Source: Hydrolagus colliei
Taxonomy: Eukaryota
NCBI GenBank assembly: GCA_035084275.1
Contig: CM068760.1
Location: 5,084,001 to 5,148,000, forward strand
Direction of reading: 5' to 3'
DNA length: 64,000 nucleotides
Under the pieces are notes generated by a model, which was given only the letters and a program-made list of their open reading frames with translations, did no database searches and was not told where the DNA came from. Positions within the stretch are counted from its first letter, which is position 1. Each line of letters opens with the position of its first letter. Positions 1 through 14,158 of the stretch are shown here, piece by piece. Both the position numbers and the translations under genes were made by a program.

Positions 1-393
1 GTCACTTGAATCTCACCAAGATTTTTTTTTCTCAAAATCATCGTGTAGTTTTTAATGTGAAACTCCAGCTAAGGAAGGCCCTTTTAAGCCCTTTTAAATC
101 TTGAAGCATTTGATTCCCTAGTTAGAAGAAGGTGGTTTTATTTGCTTTCTTCAATAATTTGTAGCATCTCAAATCAGGTTGAGTTTCCTCATTGGCGGGG
201 AGCTGCCCTTTGTGGTTTGATACTGGCAAAATCCTGCACCTATTAGAAACTAAACTCTCCAGAGTTAGGGCAGTAATCAGAGAATGCCCCGAATCACCAT
301 AACTCCCCCCCCCCCCCCCCCCACCTTCCCATCTTGCTGTACAGTACAGTGCTTTGAAGTGCATCTAACTCCAAACGTACTATCTAAGTGCAA

Positions 394-746
394 GTGGAGC
401 TCCTGTAGCTCAGTGGTTAGAGCACTCACCTTACAAGCGTGAGACATGTGTTTGAATCCAGCCAGATCAGGGCGAAACCTTGGGCAAGTTTCCGTACTCC
501 ACACACACACACACACACACACTTACGCCTAGTACTAATCCCTTCAAGAAAACCCCCCACAATAATAAAATTGGTCATTTCAATCCACGGCTGTTTGTAG
601 GGACGCTGCTGTGCGCAATATGGCTGCTGAGTTTCGCTCACAAAAATACAGTCGATTCACTTTACAATATATTCTGCTAAGTGCTTTGAGACACGGTCTA
701 CAAGATGTGAAAAGGCGCTCTATCAAATTCAAGGATTATTCTTATT
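394..746 (+). mobile_element. tRNA-headed Deu-type SINE with L2-like tail (dominant family), full length
   Basis: A box TAGCTCAGTGGTTAGAGC, B-box-like GTTTGAATCC, central gctgtgcgcaa-tggctgc core, tail ...ctatcaaattcaaggattatt. Confidence 0.9.
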
Positions 747-3534
747 AAGTTGTTGTTTTTGTCAAATACCGTCGACAGGAATGTTTTGAAGACCAGGATA
801 TTCTGACACCACAATGTTCTGATGTAGGACAGAGAGTTCCTGGCAGACACGCGCTTTGCTGTTTGAAAATATTGTCAGACCGGAGGAAGCATCTGCAACT
901 GGAATTTCAGGTTTCCCTTTGTGTGCTCGTAGTCTCCTGGCGCTGGATAAAAATACACTGTCAGAAGCAAAACAGCCATTCCCAGTGCCAAGGTGTTTGA
1001 AATCCAGGTTCAAGAAAATTATTCATCCTCCGAGGAAGATAGTCAACCAACCCTGCTTCAAAGAATGTTTACAGCATAGAATTATTAGTGTTATTATTTG
1101 GCATTGCAGGGTTAACAGGAACCGAGTGAGAAGAAGCTCAGAACCCAGTGAACTCTCTGCCTCCCCCCACCCCCCACTTCCAGGTCATACCGATGAGCCA
1201 GGCTGGCTGGTCTTGTTATCAACTGTGTTAACTGTGTTATCAACTTGTTATTACCAGGCACGTCATTTTGGTACCAGGAACTCTAAGGAGCTCAAAGCTC
1301 TAAGGAGACCCCACTCACCTCCCTCCTACAGAAGATGGTCACCAGATAATCATTTGACATCCGAGAGCTCAGATCGGGCTATTTTACCCAAAACATCTGT
1401 GCTGGTGTTCGCTTCCCATTCTTGCCATTTGCTCCGATCCCTCCCTGTTCACCTACTCTTTCTCCATAATTTTGAAAGTTAGTTTTGCCTCAAATTAGTT
1501 TTTGATTTTCCAATTCCCTTGTAAAATTCTGTCACAACTGTCTCATCGTCAACGTCCAGCTATGAATTTCCTTCCATTTAATGGTACGGCTTTGGGATGG
1601 AATCGTTCCTGACATACCATGAAAGGCCAAGGAATATTTGCGGAGGTGGTTGTGGTGGGGGAGTGGTGTGGAAGACACACACCTCATGCCAAAATTTGGA
1701 ATGCTTTTGCAGGACTGATGGACTTCAATGGGATTGAGATAGGATTCTCCAAGGTACCAGAACAGGGTTCGAAAACACAGTTTCAAACACAGACAGCAGG
1801 AAACATTGCTTTAACCAGAGTTATTAATGACTGGGAAAAGGTTACCAGGAAAGATGGTTGAGGGCAGGATTTTCGCCCAGCTCAGCGCTACTGTTACAGA
1901 AGAGTTATATATTGGACCCAATATTGTTTGTTGTAGATTTTTTTTTTTAAAAAGAGGAGGTAGTTCAGTGGTCTGTATCCGTACGTGTTGGCATGTAAAA
2001 TTGGAAACCATTTCAAATCCAGAGAAGCATCACAGCGACATGCACTTATACAGAGCAAAGGACTGTATCGCCTATTATCAGAACACCTTAACAGTAATCC
2101 TGTGTGACTAACTCCAGCCATAGCTTGCAGTATTTCAGTTCTCCCTATTATCTAGCTTTTCTTGTTTAATTCAAAGAATTGTGCGTTTTCAAAATATTCA
2201 GGAAACGCAGGAAGGATTATCTTCAGTTGATATGCATGATCGTACTTTACTTGTGTTTTATATAAAGTTTTTTCATTTTTATATATATATAGTCTAAATT
2301 GTTATGTTAGTTGTTACAACGTATATGCCTTTGTATGTTTAGATTTAGTGGAAAAGATTTAAGAATAATTCAAAACTTTGTAACATCTGAAACGTCTCGA
2401 GTACAGCAATAAGATTTCATGTACTTCCTCTGGTGTGTTATGCTGGTGGTGTGATTTCATGGGCGGAATTCTGAAGGATGTAATGAAAAGAGAAATCGTG
2501 TCTATTTGGTTATAAAATCATGAAAAAGCTTACGGCACTCATGGGGGCAGGCAATCTGGCTGGTTTGGCTCCACTTGAGCATGTGTCAGATGGTCCTTAT
2601 TGCAATAACCTTTCGTGTAGCATAATAACAACATAAGTCTCGCATTTAATACAGTGTCTTATCACATTGTTGAGGTATCTCGAGTGCTTAACAGAACACA
2701 CTGCAAAGTGAATTGACTGTATTTTGTGGGTGAAATTTGGCAGCCAATTGTGGTGGTGAAAAATGTGTTTGTGAATATAAATAAAGCTCTGTGCTCTTCA
2801 GTACTCCAAATTTATGGACTAATGGGAAACACACTACACAGCTCGCAACCTCACAACCACCATAACAGCTCGTTACATTTCTAAAGTGCTTTTCACTCAC
2901 AAAATGTAGAGTAATTACACTTCATAAAGTGAAAGGTGTAAAGTCACTTTAGACAGCCTTCCGACTGATGTTAGATCAAATGCAAGGATTATTAACTACA
3001 TAATGTGGGGAGACTGACTCAAAACAGCTGTACGGTACTGTATATTCTTTCCAATTTATTAATAGAACCAAAATTGTCCCCCACACCCCAGGAATGTGAT
3101 CGACACTTTAGTATTTGTGTCTTAACAAGGTTACATGACTGTATATCACGCTAACTAGAGCTGATCAATTTAATGGTAAGTACACAGAGGTGCAATGGAC
3201 ACTGTTAAGACTATTTGAAGTAGTCTGCGCTTTGTTGTGTATAAACCATTTAACTAGATGGATGACACGTGAGACTTAATACCAGTGTACTGCGTTAGGT
3301 AGCTGGCATTGTATTCATGTGGTGAGGACATGGAATAGGTTTAAGTTGATTATCACGGCCATTTAATTATTAGGGAAGTCGAAGCTGTCAGATACTGGGG
3401 TGAAAAATAATAGTAACACTCACACATGTTATATGTCTACATTCACATTGACTGGATGTTTTAAAGTGTTTCGCAAAGTGCAGTGACTGCGTAGCTTGTC
3501 GGCAAATGCAGCAACCCATTTCCACACAGGAAAT

Positions 3535-3895
3535 AAATAGCCCAGTGATTAGAGTAACCTGCTTCACAGGGACGAGAAGGCCTGAGTTTGATTCCTGTGC
3601 AGGGCAAAAATATTAGGAAAGTTTCCTTACTCCGCCCGACATGCCTGCGTTTACCTAGCAGTGAATTGTTCCTTGATTGGTGAATCATTTTCCTGATGGT
3701 AATAATCGTTCCCCCCCAAAATTAATCACTCAAATAGATGACTATTTGTGGGTCACTATTATGCGCAATTGTCTGCCGCGTTTCACTCACAAACATACAC
3801 CGTTAATTCACTTTACAATGTATTCTGTGAAGTACTTTGCGGTGTCTCGAAGATGTGATAAGGTACTGTTCGATCAAATGCAAGGATTATTATTA
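3535..3895 (+). mobile_element. SINE, older/diverged copy
   Basis: Same head, core and tail, degenerate. Confidence 0.75.
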
Positions 3896-5699
3896 ACCCG
3901 CGAAACAGCCATGTAGTGAATGGCTTATTTTATTTGGGGGAATTGTTGGCCAGGACGTTGGATGTAACATTCTTTGGGACATTGACTTTATGCCCTTTCG
4001 ACTAATATTCAAAGCAGATGGAAATATGTATGCAAAACACATTTTTGTTTGCATCATACACTTTGAAAGGAATTGGCCAGTAGTTAATGTCATCTTGTAA
4101 ATTCTCGCGTGTGCTATTGTTCTGGTAAATTTGCGGATATTGCGTCACTTATTCCCTCGTGCCCTGGTTGTTTAATAAACATTAAATCTTAGATTGGCCA
4201 CAGTGTTTTTTTTCTTCCAGATCTTGTACATTCCTGTGTAGTACAGATCAAACGTAGGGCACTGCATCCTTCAGAAAAATATGCGGTCACTGGCATTTAT
4301 TCTCAAAGGATGTTGTGTATTGTGAGCAGTTCCCCATTGAATAATACGGGTTGTTATTGCCAGGGAAACGGAATGGAATAGTCATTTGAATAACTTTGGA
4401 CGTCAGGGAGAAGCTTCACACAGAGATTTTGTTTCCACATTCAGATAATGAAGAACTTTTGGTCATCCCAACTCCACCATCTCTCCATCACGGTATGAAA
4501 CTCTGTCTTGACTTCAATCATCACTCCCTGGAAATTATACTGATGATTATCTATTCCTGACTCAAACAGCCTTCCCATATAACATCTCGGGTTAGTTCCA
4601 CAAAAGCAATCATTCTTGGGATTACTCTTTCAGCGGCTGATACATTTGGCCTGATATATTGCGGAAGATACTTTATAAATTGATTGGAGTCACTATATTT
4701 TTATGAAATGTTCCTAGCAGGTCAGCAAGGACAACCTTTGGAGCGGTTGGTTAATGCATTGGCTGTAAATGTGTCTCTCCGTTAATTGTACGTGTAGACC
4801 AAATTAGAGATAGGGTAGGCTTGTGCCTAGGGTGATTTCATCCCAAGAAGCATCTGTCAGTAAAAGCGACAGGCATCTAAAGCAGATAAAGGGGAAATGT
4901 TAATTCGGAAAGATGACAAAAATAATTAGGGTGAAATATGAGGGAGTTTAAAGGCTGGTCATCGGAACTGCAATCCTGAGGCAATCCCAGTTGTGAGTAG
5001 CAGTTGTTGTAGAGACTTCAGGCATGTCCAGAAATTAGCACAAGCGTCTAAAACAATGGAGCTAAATTGATTTGGGCAATTACCTGATGTATCAATCACC
5101 CGGATTCGTTTTATGCAACCCATCATTTTTAATTAATTTTGGTTATCGAGAACCGTTGTTTTAGTCAGGGTTCAACCAGCTTAAAATAAAAGTGGCAGTT
5201 GCTTTGCTGAAAGAAGATTAGTAGAGTTTTAATCTCTCCCTGCGGTTTCCAACGGCTTCTCCTCTGCCCGGGAAGAGATGTGACCAGTATTTGGGAGCCT
5301 TTAAGTGTTTTTGTACAGTAAAGGGGGTTGCAATTTCTGATGCGGAGCACAGAAAATAATACTCAGAAAGGAATTCAAAGTAGATGTTAAGAGAGAGAGA
5401 AAAATACACGGAAGGTGGTTAGAATGTTGAAATGTCAGTAAAATGACAGCGCGTAAAAGTATTTCTGATGCACTGGAATTTCAAATCTCAGGTGGATAGA
5501 TATTTATTAGGTAAGGGTATTAAGGGATATGGGGAAGAATCAGGTAATTCCAGTTGAGGTATAGATCAGCCATGATAGAATAGCGGAACAGGCTTGTGTG
5601 GCTGAAGTGCCTATTCCTTTTTCTATGTTCCTAGATTCAGGTAGAGCATCAAATATTATTTCACTTAACTTTTGCTCTTCTGTATATCCACGATAGATT

Positions 5700-5889
5700 T
5701 GTGGCGGCCTGTAGCTCAGTGATTAGAGCACTCGCCTCACAAGTGAGAGACCTGAGTTTGGCAGGGCCAAACGCATGGACAGGTTTCCTTACTCCACACA
5801 CCTCATAATAATCCCTCAAGAAAAAAAACAATAATAAATTGGTCAGAAGACATTAAAAGCATAATATCAAACGCAAGGATTATTATTTA
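5700..5889 (+). mobile_element. SINE with internal deletion
   Basis: Head and tail are joined without the central core. Confidence 0.75.
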
Positions 5890-6337
5890 ATCGAAAAAAA
5901 TAGGATTACCTGTTCATGTTTTTATTGTAAATCACTTATTGCCTTTTTGTGATGATAAATTTACAATTTGGGGAAGTTAAAGGCAAACTGTGTGTATTTT
6001 CAGAAACCATCACAACGTAAAGATGTTTACCCACCAAATGACTCAGTTGGTAAAGTTGATGCTTGGAGTGAAACTGATCCGCACAGATCCAATGGGTCCC
6101 ACATAGGATTTGCACTGGTGTGTCCTGAGTTATCTGATCTCAACCAGGGCAGCTACATTTGATAAGAAATTATGTAGGAGGGGAGTGCAATGAGATCACG
6201 TTCCCACTTTAAATCCCCCACCCATCAGCTTCCAAATTAAGACTGCTTTCAATAATTAGACAGTGGCATTCATACTAAGACCATTGTTTCTCGATTGAGT
6301 TCCCTCACTGAGGCTAACTGAGGACTTTGAAATAACA

Positions 6338-6515
6338 ATAATAATCCTTGCATTTGATATAGTGCTTTTCACTTCTTCTAGACGTCTCAAAGTGTTTCAC
6401 AGTAAAGTGAATTGACTGTATATTTGTGGACGAAATACGGCAGCCAATTGCGCACAGCAGAGTCCCCACAGTCCCAAACAGTCGTGGATTGAAATGGCCA
6501 ATTTATTATCGATCT
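6338..6515 (-). mobile_element. SINE 3' half
   Basis: Reverse complement of the core and tail. Confidence 0.85.
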
Positions 6516-7314
6516 TTTGCAGAGGGCTTTGAGATGTCGTCCTAGCGTGAATGATGGATGCTACATCAAATTCAAAGATTAGGGACATTATTCTCACCTG
6601 TATCAGAGAGTGAACTAATCAGTGCCAATTATCGTTCCACTAACCTTACTGTTCAGGTTATAGAGTTAGGATTTTGTTTATTGGGATAAATGGCCTACTC
6701 CTGTTCCCATGTTCCTATAAAAGGATTACTATTATTATTATTAATGTTGTAGGCAAGCATATACGAACTGAAGAACAGGTGCTTTTTCAAAGCAAATCCC
6801 ACCCGACAGAGCAATTTAGTTCAGTTTACCTTTGAAATCGTACCCGAGTGTGCAATTAAAACAGTAAGAGCTTGTTCAATTTTAATCTAGCACATAATTG
6901 CGTTGACTTTTCGGAGAAACAGTTGAGATGTTATTTCTCGTTGCTTTGCGTTCTTAAGGGAAACTAATTCTATTCTGGCTGACGAAAAAGGGATTAACCC
7001 TGGATTCGATCCAAGTTGTTTTTAAAAATGAAGGAAATTGCTAACCAGGATACTGAGATAAAGGAAGCCAGGAGAACAATAGGATTCTAAACACTGGGGA
7101 TATGATACAAACACAAGAATGATGCCTTGACATTGTCATCTTTAATTAACTCTAGCCGGAGATACAATAGCCCCAAAACTAGTTTAATTGAATTTACAAC
7201 AAACCTCGTGGGATTTGGTAAGAAAAATATTAACTAGCAAAAAAAAATTACTGACGGGTTGGGTGGTCCTAGCTGGACAAGCAATGGGAAAGCTTGCCAG
7301 ACAGTGCTATCAAT

Positions 7315-7649
7315 GTGGGCTCCTGTAGTTCAGTGGTTAGAGCACTCGCCTTTCAAACCTGTGTGACCTGTGTTCGAATCCAGGCAGTTCAGGGTGAAAC
7401 CTTGGGCAAGTTTCTTTACTCCACACACACGCCGAATAATAATCTGTCCAAAAATAACCTATAATAAAAATTGCTCATTTCAATCCATGACTGTTTGTTG
7501 GGACACTGCTGTTCACAATTGGCTGCCACGTTTCGCCCACAAATATACAATCAATTCACCCTACAGTGTATAATGTGAAGCGTTTTGAGACATCAAGAAG
7601 ACATAAAAAGGGGTACAGTATATCAGAATGCAAGCATTATTATTATTAT
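7315..7649 (+). mobile_element. SINE full length
   Basis: Head to (TTA)n tail. Confidence 0.9.
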
Positions 7650-8169
7650 CAATGGCAAGCTAAGTAGTTTTAGTTGCACGGATTCCAAAAGTACCCCCTA
7701 GAGCACACTCTGTGGCCCCCAAGCCTTGGCTCTTGCCAACCTGTGCCTCATACTTTCTGGAATTGGGTAAGTAGGATGTGTCCCTTCGGGGGGAGAGAAT
7801 GCACATTTCTTTGTAACAATCTCTGGAATTTCCATGCGGAGGTGGATTGCATGGAACTCTGTTTGGTACGGATGCTCTTAAACATGGCGATGGGCTTTCC
7901 CATGTATCCCATGCACCCGGCTTACCAACTAAAAAAAAAAAGGAACCGAAACAGCCGAGCGCAGTTTCGTTTAACGCGGCAGAGGAAAAGAAGAGCAAAT
8001 TGTGTGCGTCATTGTTGAGTGAAAGCGATCCCCCAAAAAATACTAATAAGTGAGCGAAGGGCTTTTTGCTGTGCCTTACAAAACAACTAAAAGGTGACAT
8101 TTGTGCAGACACTCTCGGCTTATCTCCTTCATCTCAGCTTTTCCCCGTGGCTAACCTGAGCCTCTGTTT

Positions 8170-8364
8170 GGACGTGATGTCATCAGCTTAGCACGGACCA
8201 CAATTGATGTCAAAAGCTTATTACCTGGCTGACTGATAAAAGCCGTCCTTCCGCGCACACGAGGACCCAGAGACTCTGTAGGTAGAAACACAAAAGCAAC
8301 GTTGAGGGCTGCCTAGGGCTCTCACCTTTCTCTGGCGAATGGTCACCTTTGCCTCCCCATAGCG
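8170..8364 (+). promoter_or_regulatory. Candidate photoreceptor promoter and non-coding first exon of PDE6G
   Basis: TAAGCT-type CRX/OTX cores on the minus strand (8185-8191, 8214-8220), GGCTGAC Maf-like half site (8227), TATA-like GATAAAA (8235), strong donor GCG|GTAAGT at 8364/8365. An acceptor is available before the ATG exon (tgtag at 14629 or ctcag at 14637). Mammalian PDE6G has a non-coding first exon. Confidence 0.35.
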
Positions 8365-8460
8365 GTAAGTACCGGCTCGCTACTTATCTATGGTACAGGA
8401 CATGCCTTGTAACATCCATAGCAGATTTGCACAAACAAAATGAGATATTAAGGAGTTGTG

Positions 8461-8642
8461 TTATTTCAACGCACGGCTGTTTGTGGGGACGCCGCCGCTG
8501 TGCGCAATTGGCTGGCTGCCGCGTTTCGCCCACAAATGTACAGTCCACTCACTTTACGGTATATTCTGTGAAGCGCTTTGAGGCGTTTACAAGATGCGAA
8601 AAACATTACATCAAATGCAATTATTATTATTAGTATTATTAT
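8461..8642 (+). mobile_element. SINE 3' half
   Basis: Core and tail. Confidence 0.85.
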
Positions 8643-11600
8643 TGTGATGAAATGTGCTGTGAGGTACAATGAGTATTAGAATTTTCAAATGATTCCATTT
8701 AAAGATATTTTCACTGCCTGCGGTCGATGAGCTGGATGTTCAAGTGACTTTAAAAGCACCTTCCGATCAGCTGAAAACTGTACCAATCGGTCTTTTTACG
8801 GATGTAACTGGCCCCTAACGCAGAACTATTCTTTACGTGCGAAAGGATTGGCAAAAAAAAATACTCTTCAAATTTAAATCCACTTGTATTTTGATACGGA
8901 CTTAACAGGTGTCTGAGGTAATTTGTGGCAGAGCAGTTATGTACTTGTTAAAATCTGTTGGATACTTTAAAGCGGGCGGCGTATGTTTGACAGCTGTGCT
9001 TTAGTGGAACAAAACTTTCAACTGTTGGAATATGTTTAATTGACCGTGCAGCCGTGTACCTTTTGTGGTTCCATGTTCAACTGACACTGTATACTTGTTT
9101 GACTTTACACTTCTTCGGTGTAAAATAATCCTAGCGCCTTTTACATCACGAGGATAATAACAATCCTTGAATTTGATGTAGCGCCTTGGGACGTCCTCCT
9201 GATGTGAAAGGCGCTATACAAATGTAATTTTGTTGTTGTTGTTGTTATCATGTCCCTGAGACGTCTCAAAGAGCCTCATGGAATGTACTGTGAAGTAAAT
9301 TCATGGTATATTATTAGTGGGCGAAACGCAGCGGCAAATTGCACACAACAGTGTCCCGCAAACAGTAGTGGATTCAAAGGCATCGAAGGATGTCTCAAGA
9401 CACTTCACGGGGATTTTAGCAGAATGTGTAGTGACTGTGGGCCAAATGACTGTCTGTGCTCAGCGTTGTCCCAGAAAACAGCGATGAAATGAAGGACGGA
9501 ATAGAGAAACGTTAAGGAAATGTTGAAACAGTATGAAACAGTAGAACATGTATTGGTACGTAGGTTTCCATTGAAAACCCAATAGCTTTAGTTCCTTCTT
9601 GGAGGTTTTACGGTGATCTATATCAGATTGATTAGGGCCTTCGTTGTGGATCGTGGTCGATAGGTCTGGAAGAGGACAAGGACACAAAGTGAAGGTGAAC
9701 AAACGTCGTGGAGCCAATAACCTTTTGGAGATTATGTGCAATAGATTACCAGGGAAATGCTGGAGGCAGATTGCGTCAGTAAATTCTGGACAATTAAATT
9801 GACTGAGGGGAGTGCGGGATAGGGCCGTGTTGGGATCTTTACTTTGGGATTGGCTGGAGGGAACGCAATAGTCCTTTTCAATTCTGTCTAATCGTGCCTT
9901 TCTTCAAAATACTCAGCAACACGCAGTTTGCTTTGGGTTAAAGAATACAGAAAAGTAAGCCTTAAAGAAAATCTATCTCAACTGAAAGAAAAGCTTTTGA
10001 GGATGTTAAAGGTTATGAACATATTTGAAGTTGCTTCTATGTAACACTGCTCATCCGCTCTGAATAGTTTGCAATGATGGCTAGATGTCTGCCAGCCTCA
10101 GTAAACACCCCCTAATGAATCAAAGTCCTTTTTATTCATCGGAAGCGCCTGAACAAAATGGCTCTGGGACAGGATATTGTGGTTATTTTCCAATTTGTGT
10201 CGCCTTGTCTGTGAATCTTAGAGTTAGAGGAATTCCATCGTAGAGGCCATTCGGCCCGTTGAGAGTTTCGCTCACAAATATGCAGTCAATTCACTTTACA
10301 GTATATTCAGTGAAGCGCTTTAAGACGTCTGGAAGACGTGAAAAGCGTTATACCAAATGCAAGGATTATTATTATTATTATTGAGACTAAGATGCTGCCA
10401 AATGAAGCAATTACCTCTCATCCGAAGTCTTCCCTGTTTCTGCCAACCTCTTTTTAACTCTTCCACTAGCAACCTTGAGTCCACACTCCCTTGTTACCGA
10501 TTTATCAAGCAATCGTTCATTGTATATCATCACACAACCCTGGAGGATTTTGAACACCGCTGTTGGTTCCCCTCTTAATAACCTCCTCAATCCCAGTGGA
10601 AACAGACTGTTCTTTTATGGGTATAAATCTTTGTCCCAGATCTCATCCTCATGAACCTAGGCTGCACACTTCCCACAGTTCTGACATCCTTTCTGGAACG
10701 GTACTAGTGGGATACCCACTACAGAAAACACTGGCTCTTGCCTGGTTCTGTGCACAGAAAACACATGAGCTTCAACTCATTCACTGATGAAGACATTATC
10801 TTGGGGTCATTCCCACTGGCTGTGCGATTCTTCAGTTATTTCTCCATTTATAGGCTGTCAGGCAATGATTCAAAATCTAGCAAGTTGGAAACCAGTGAGA
10901 CTATGTTAAACTCATAGAATTAAGTTGACAAAGATTTTCAATGCTTTTCAAAAAAAACAAAATTCTGTATATGGCATTGGCAAACGTGCTTTAATAAGAG
11001 TTCTCCACCAGTGTCATTTCTCTCAGAAAATATGGTAAATTCTCTACGAGTTCCATTTAAATTTGTTTTTACTTGTTTTTTTCCTCCCTTAAAAGAAATG
11101 TTGTGGGGGAGGTGACTTGGTGGCGCAGATATCAAGCAAATGATGATGCATGGGGGTATTTCCTTCAAGAAATATCTTCTAGGGACATCACATTTAACTA
11201 GAATCCACCCCTCATGGATCCAACGTAGATCCCCAAACTGTCTTGACTCTCGTCAACGAAGAATGTTCTAGCGTTTGTCGACGTGCTGTGTTATTTACAG
11301 ACAGCACTGGTGTAGAACAGAAAACATATTCTTCTTCAGAAGTACCCTCAAGTTAATCAAAGGCGGACTGCTTCACATTGAGCAGCAGCTGCAGTTAATC
11401 TAACGGACTTCCATAAAAATCTGAAGCCAATTCTACGTGCGTCATTGACAATCAAGGCAAATCTCCAACCCCCAGACTGGTAGGATAGTCCGAGTAGGGC
11501 ACACATTATTACATCGAATCTTACCAGTAATCTGTGCAAGAGCCCTAACTCTTTGCATATCTGTGTGTTTGCATGTGTGTGTGTGTTATGCAACAGAAGT

Positions 11601-11894
11601 CACCGTTTGATTTGTCTGTTCTAAGATCCAATGGTATTTTACTAGATAAGGTTGCAGTACTTGCAAAACAGTTTGAAATTCATTTGGGTCTCCGCCAAGA
11701 AGATGCGCGGAGGAGAGTACAGTGCCCCAGTGGGTCATTCTCTTCACCAGCTGATGGAATGTCACATTGATGTGAAACATTGCTAGACCTGGCAAGGTAG
11801 CGTCATTTAGGTAGTGGGGTTCAAGATGGAGATGGAGTGGGGGCATAGGGTGAATGGGGGGGGTGGGAGGGCCTTCCATGCTTGTAACAATTTC

Positions 11895-12056
11895 AGCCTA
11901 GCTCAATTGGTAGCTCTCTCACCTCTGAGATAAATGATTGTGGGTTTTCATCCGGGCTTTCAACTCGTAGTCTAGCCTGATACACCAGGGTAGTGCTCGG
12001 TGGACACTGCAATGTCAGAGTTGCCGTCCTTCAGGAGAGACATTAAACTGAGAGCC
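11895..12056 (+). mobile_element. Older Deu-SINE (SacSINE/LmeSINE-like) fragment
   Basis: tRNA-like head followed by actgcaatgtcagagttgccgtccttcaggagagacattaaactgag, resembling the Deu-SINE body. Confidence 0.6.
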
Positions 12057-12224
12057 AAAAATAATAAGAATTATCCTTGCATTTGATATACGCCTTACCA
12101 CTCACGTCTTTGAGACTCCTCTAAGCGCTTCCCAGAATATACAGCAAAGTGAATTAATTGTGCTTTTTTTTTAGTTGGAACGTGGCAGCCCTCCACCTCC
12201 CCCCTGTTCTGGTGGACATTCAGG

Positions 12225-12581
12225 TGGAGTCCTGTAGCTCAGTGGTTAGAGCACCCGTCTTACAAGCGTGTAGAGCTGTGTTCGAATCCAGACAGGTCAG
12301 GGAGAAACCTTGGGCAAGTTTCCTTACTCCACATACCTAATAATAATCTGTCTAAAGAAACACAATAACAAAATTGGTCATTTCAATCCCTCAAAAAGAA
12401 CACAATAATAAAATTGATCACTTCAATCCAAGACTGTTTGTGGGACACCACTGTGCGCAATTGACTGCAACATTTCGCTCACAAATATACAGTCAATTCA
12501 CTTTACAGTATATTCTGTGAAGCACTTTGAGACGTCTAGAAGAAGCGAAAAGCGCTATACCAAATGCAAGGATTATTATTA
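12225..12581 (+). mobile_element. SINE full length with internal ~40-bp duplication
   Basis: The cacaataa..aaattg.tca.ttcaatcc block is present twice (12356-12430). Confidence 0.9.
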
Positions 12582-13865
12582 TCTCCTGGCACTATTCGAA
12601 AAGAAAAGGGGTGTTTTTCCTGGTGCTCAGGCTAACAATTCCCCCTATAAATACTGTACATATTCAATATTAATTAACTTCATGGCTGTGAGTGGGACAG
12701 TTTCTACACTTTATAGGAAATCCTCCTGACTTGAAGGGTGCGACACCCAATGTAAGAATTATCATTATTAAATATGTCACATTTCAAAGAATATACCGTG
12801 AATTGAATTGACTGTATATTTCGTGGGCAAAAGACGAGGAACCCTTCAAAGAGGCGCATCAAGCCACAGCTTTCCTATTTATGAGCAATGATCACTCAAC
12901 CAGCGTCAGTGCTGGAGAACAGGTGGCTGACTGTGGGGGATTTGAGATAGTAAACCTCTTACTGAGCTGGTTGCAGGCATCAGCAAAACCTTGAATCAAC
13001 TAATTAGTGAAAGTGCTGTGTCTGTAATTTAAGAATGAGTTGACCTTGCTGCGCGTTTTTCAGTTCATCCTTCCGTTCAAAGTTTGCGTTACTGCAGCTT
13101 CCAGATTTTATTCACGAATGAGACACGCTGTTCTGTTTAAAACGGATGATTTTTATGACGGTAATAATGATAATGATAATACTTCCATTTGATATAAATG
13201 GAATATACAATGAAAGAAACATAATAAAAATACAGGGATTTTGTTTGTAATGTCTATTTATAGGGATGCCACATTCTATTTATGTGAATGATCTTCAAAT
13301 TGACATTATGTCCTAACGTTGTGGCTGTCCATTCATTACATTACTAAATTGTATTGATTTTATCAACCGCGTAACAGATGTACACGAAGAAATTCCACCA
13401 AGGTTTAGATTTACTCTTTTTTTTAATGCCATTTTAGAACATACAACATTTGGCAAATGTGGACTTACATACCTTAATTTTGAAGCTGTTTTTTTTTCCT
13501 GTAAGTTTATTTTAAGTGCCATAGAAAACTGACTTGAACGTCGAGGTTGAATTCAATAATTTGCTATATTACAAAAACTTGGAGCTCTAAAATGTTACAT
13601 ACAAAATGTTACGCTTTGCATGTTTTGAGTGGTACTTGAGACGTTCTTGAAGAAGTAATAAGGCGCTATATCAAAATGCAAGGTTTATTATTAGTAGTTA
13701 CATTGTTAAAGTTCCTCATGTGAAATCACCTACACTATACAGTGTGGTCAAAATATTGTAGTCCATCTTGATGTCAAAACACATACACGTCTCATACATG
13801 TCAAAACACATAAACACAAGATTACAGGCCCCCAAATTAATTTATGGAATATTATCACTGATGGA

Positions 13866-14158
13866 TAATAATAATCCTTGCATTTGATATAGCGCTTTTT
13901 ACGTCTTGTAGACGTCTCAAAGTGTTTCACAGAATATACTTGTGGGTGAAATGCAGCCAACTGTGCACAGCAGTGTCCCACAAACAGTCATGGATTCAAA
14001 TGACCAATTTTATTATTGTTTTTTTTTGGAAGGGATTATTATTAAGCGTGCGGAGTAAGGAAACTTGCCCAAGGTTTCGCCCTGACCTGCCTGGATTTGA
14101 ACACAGGTCTCACGCTTGTAAGGCAAGTGCTCTAATCACTGAGCTACAGGACTCTACA
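13866..14158 (-). mobile_element. SINE full length
   Basis: Reverse-complement copy. Confidence 0.9.

Noticed and set aside
394-470. tRNA gene-like sequences (many copies, e.g. 7317, 28928, 43311, 53387, 58622)
   Set aside because: They are SINE heads: there is no closing acceptor stem and each continues into the same SINE body.
856-1482. 208-aa ORF
   Set aside because: Non-ATG start, no recognisable domain, and it runs through low-complexity sequence.
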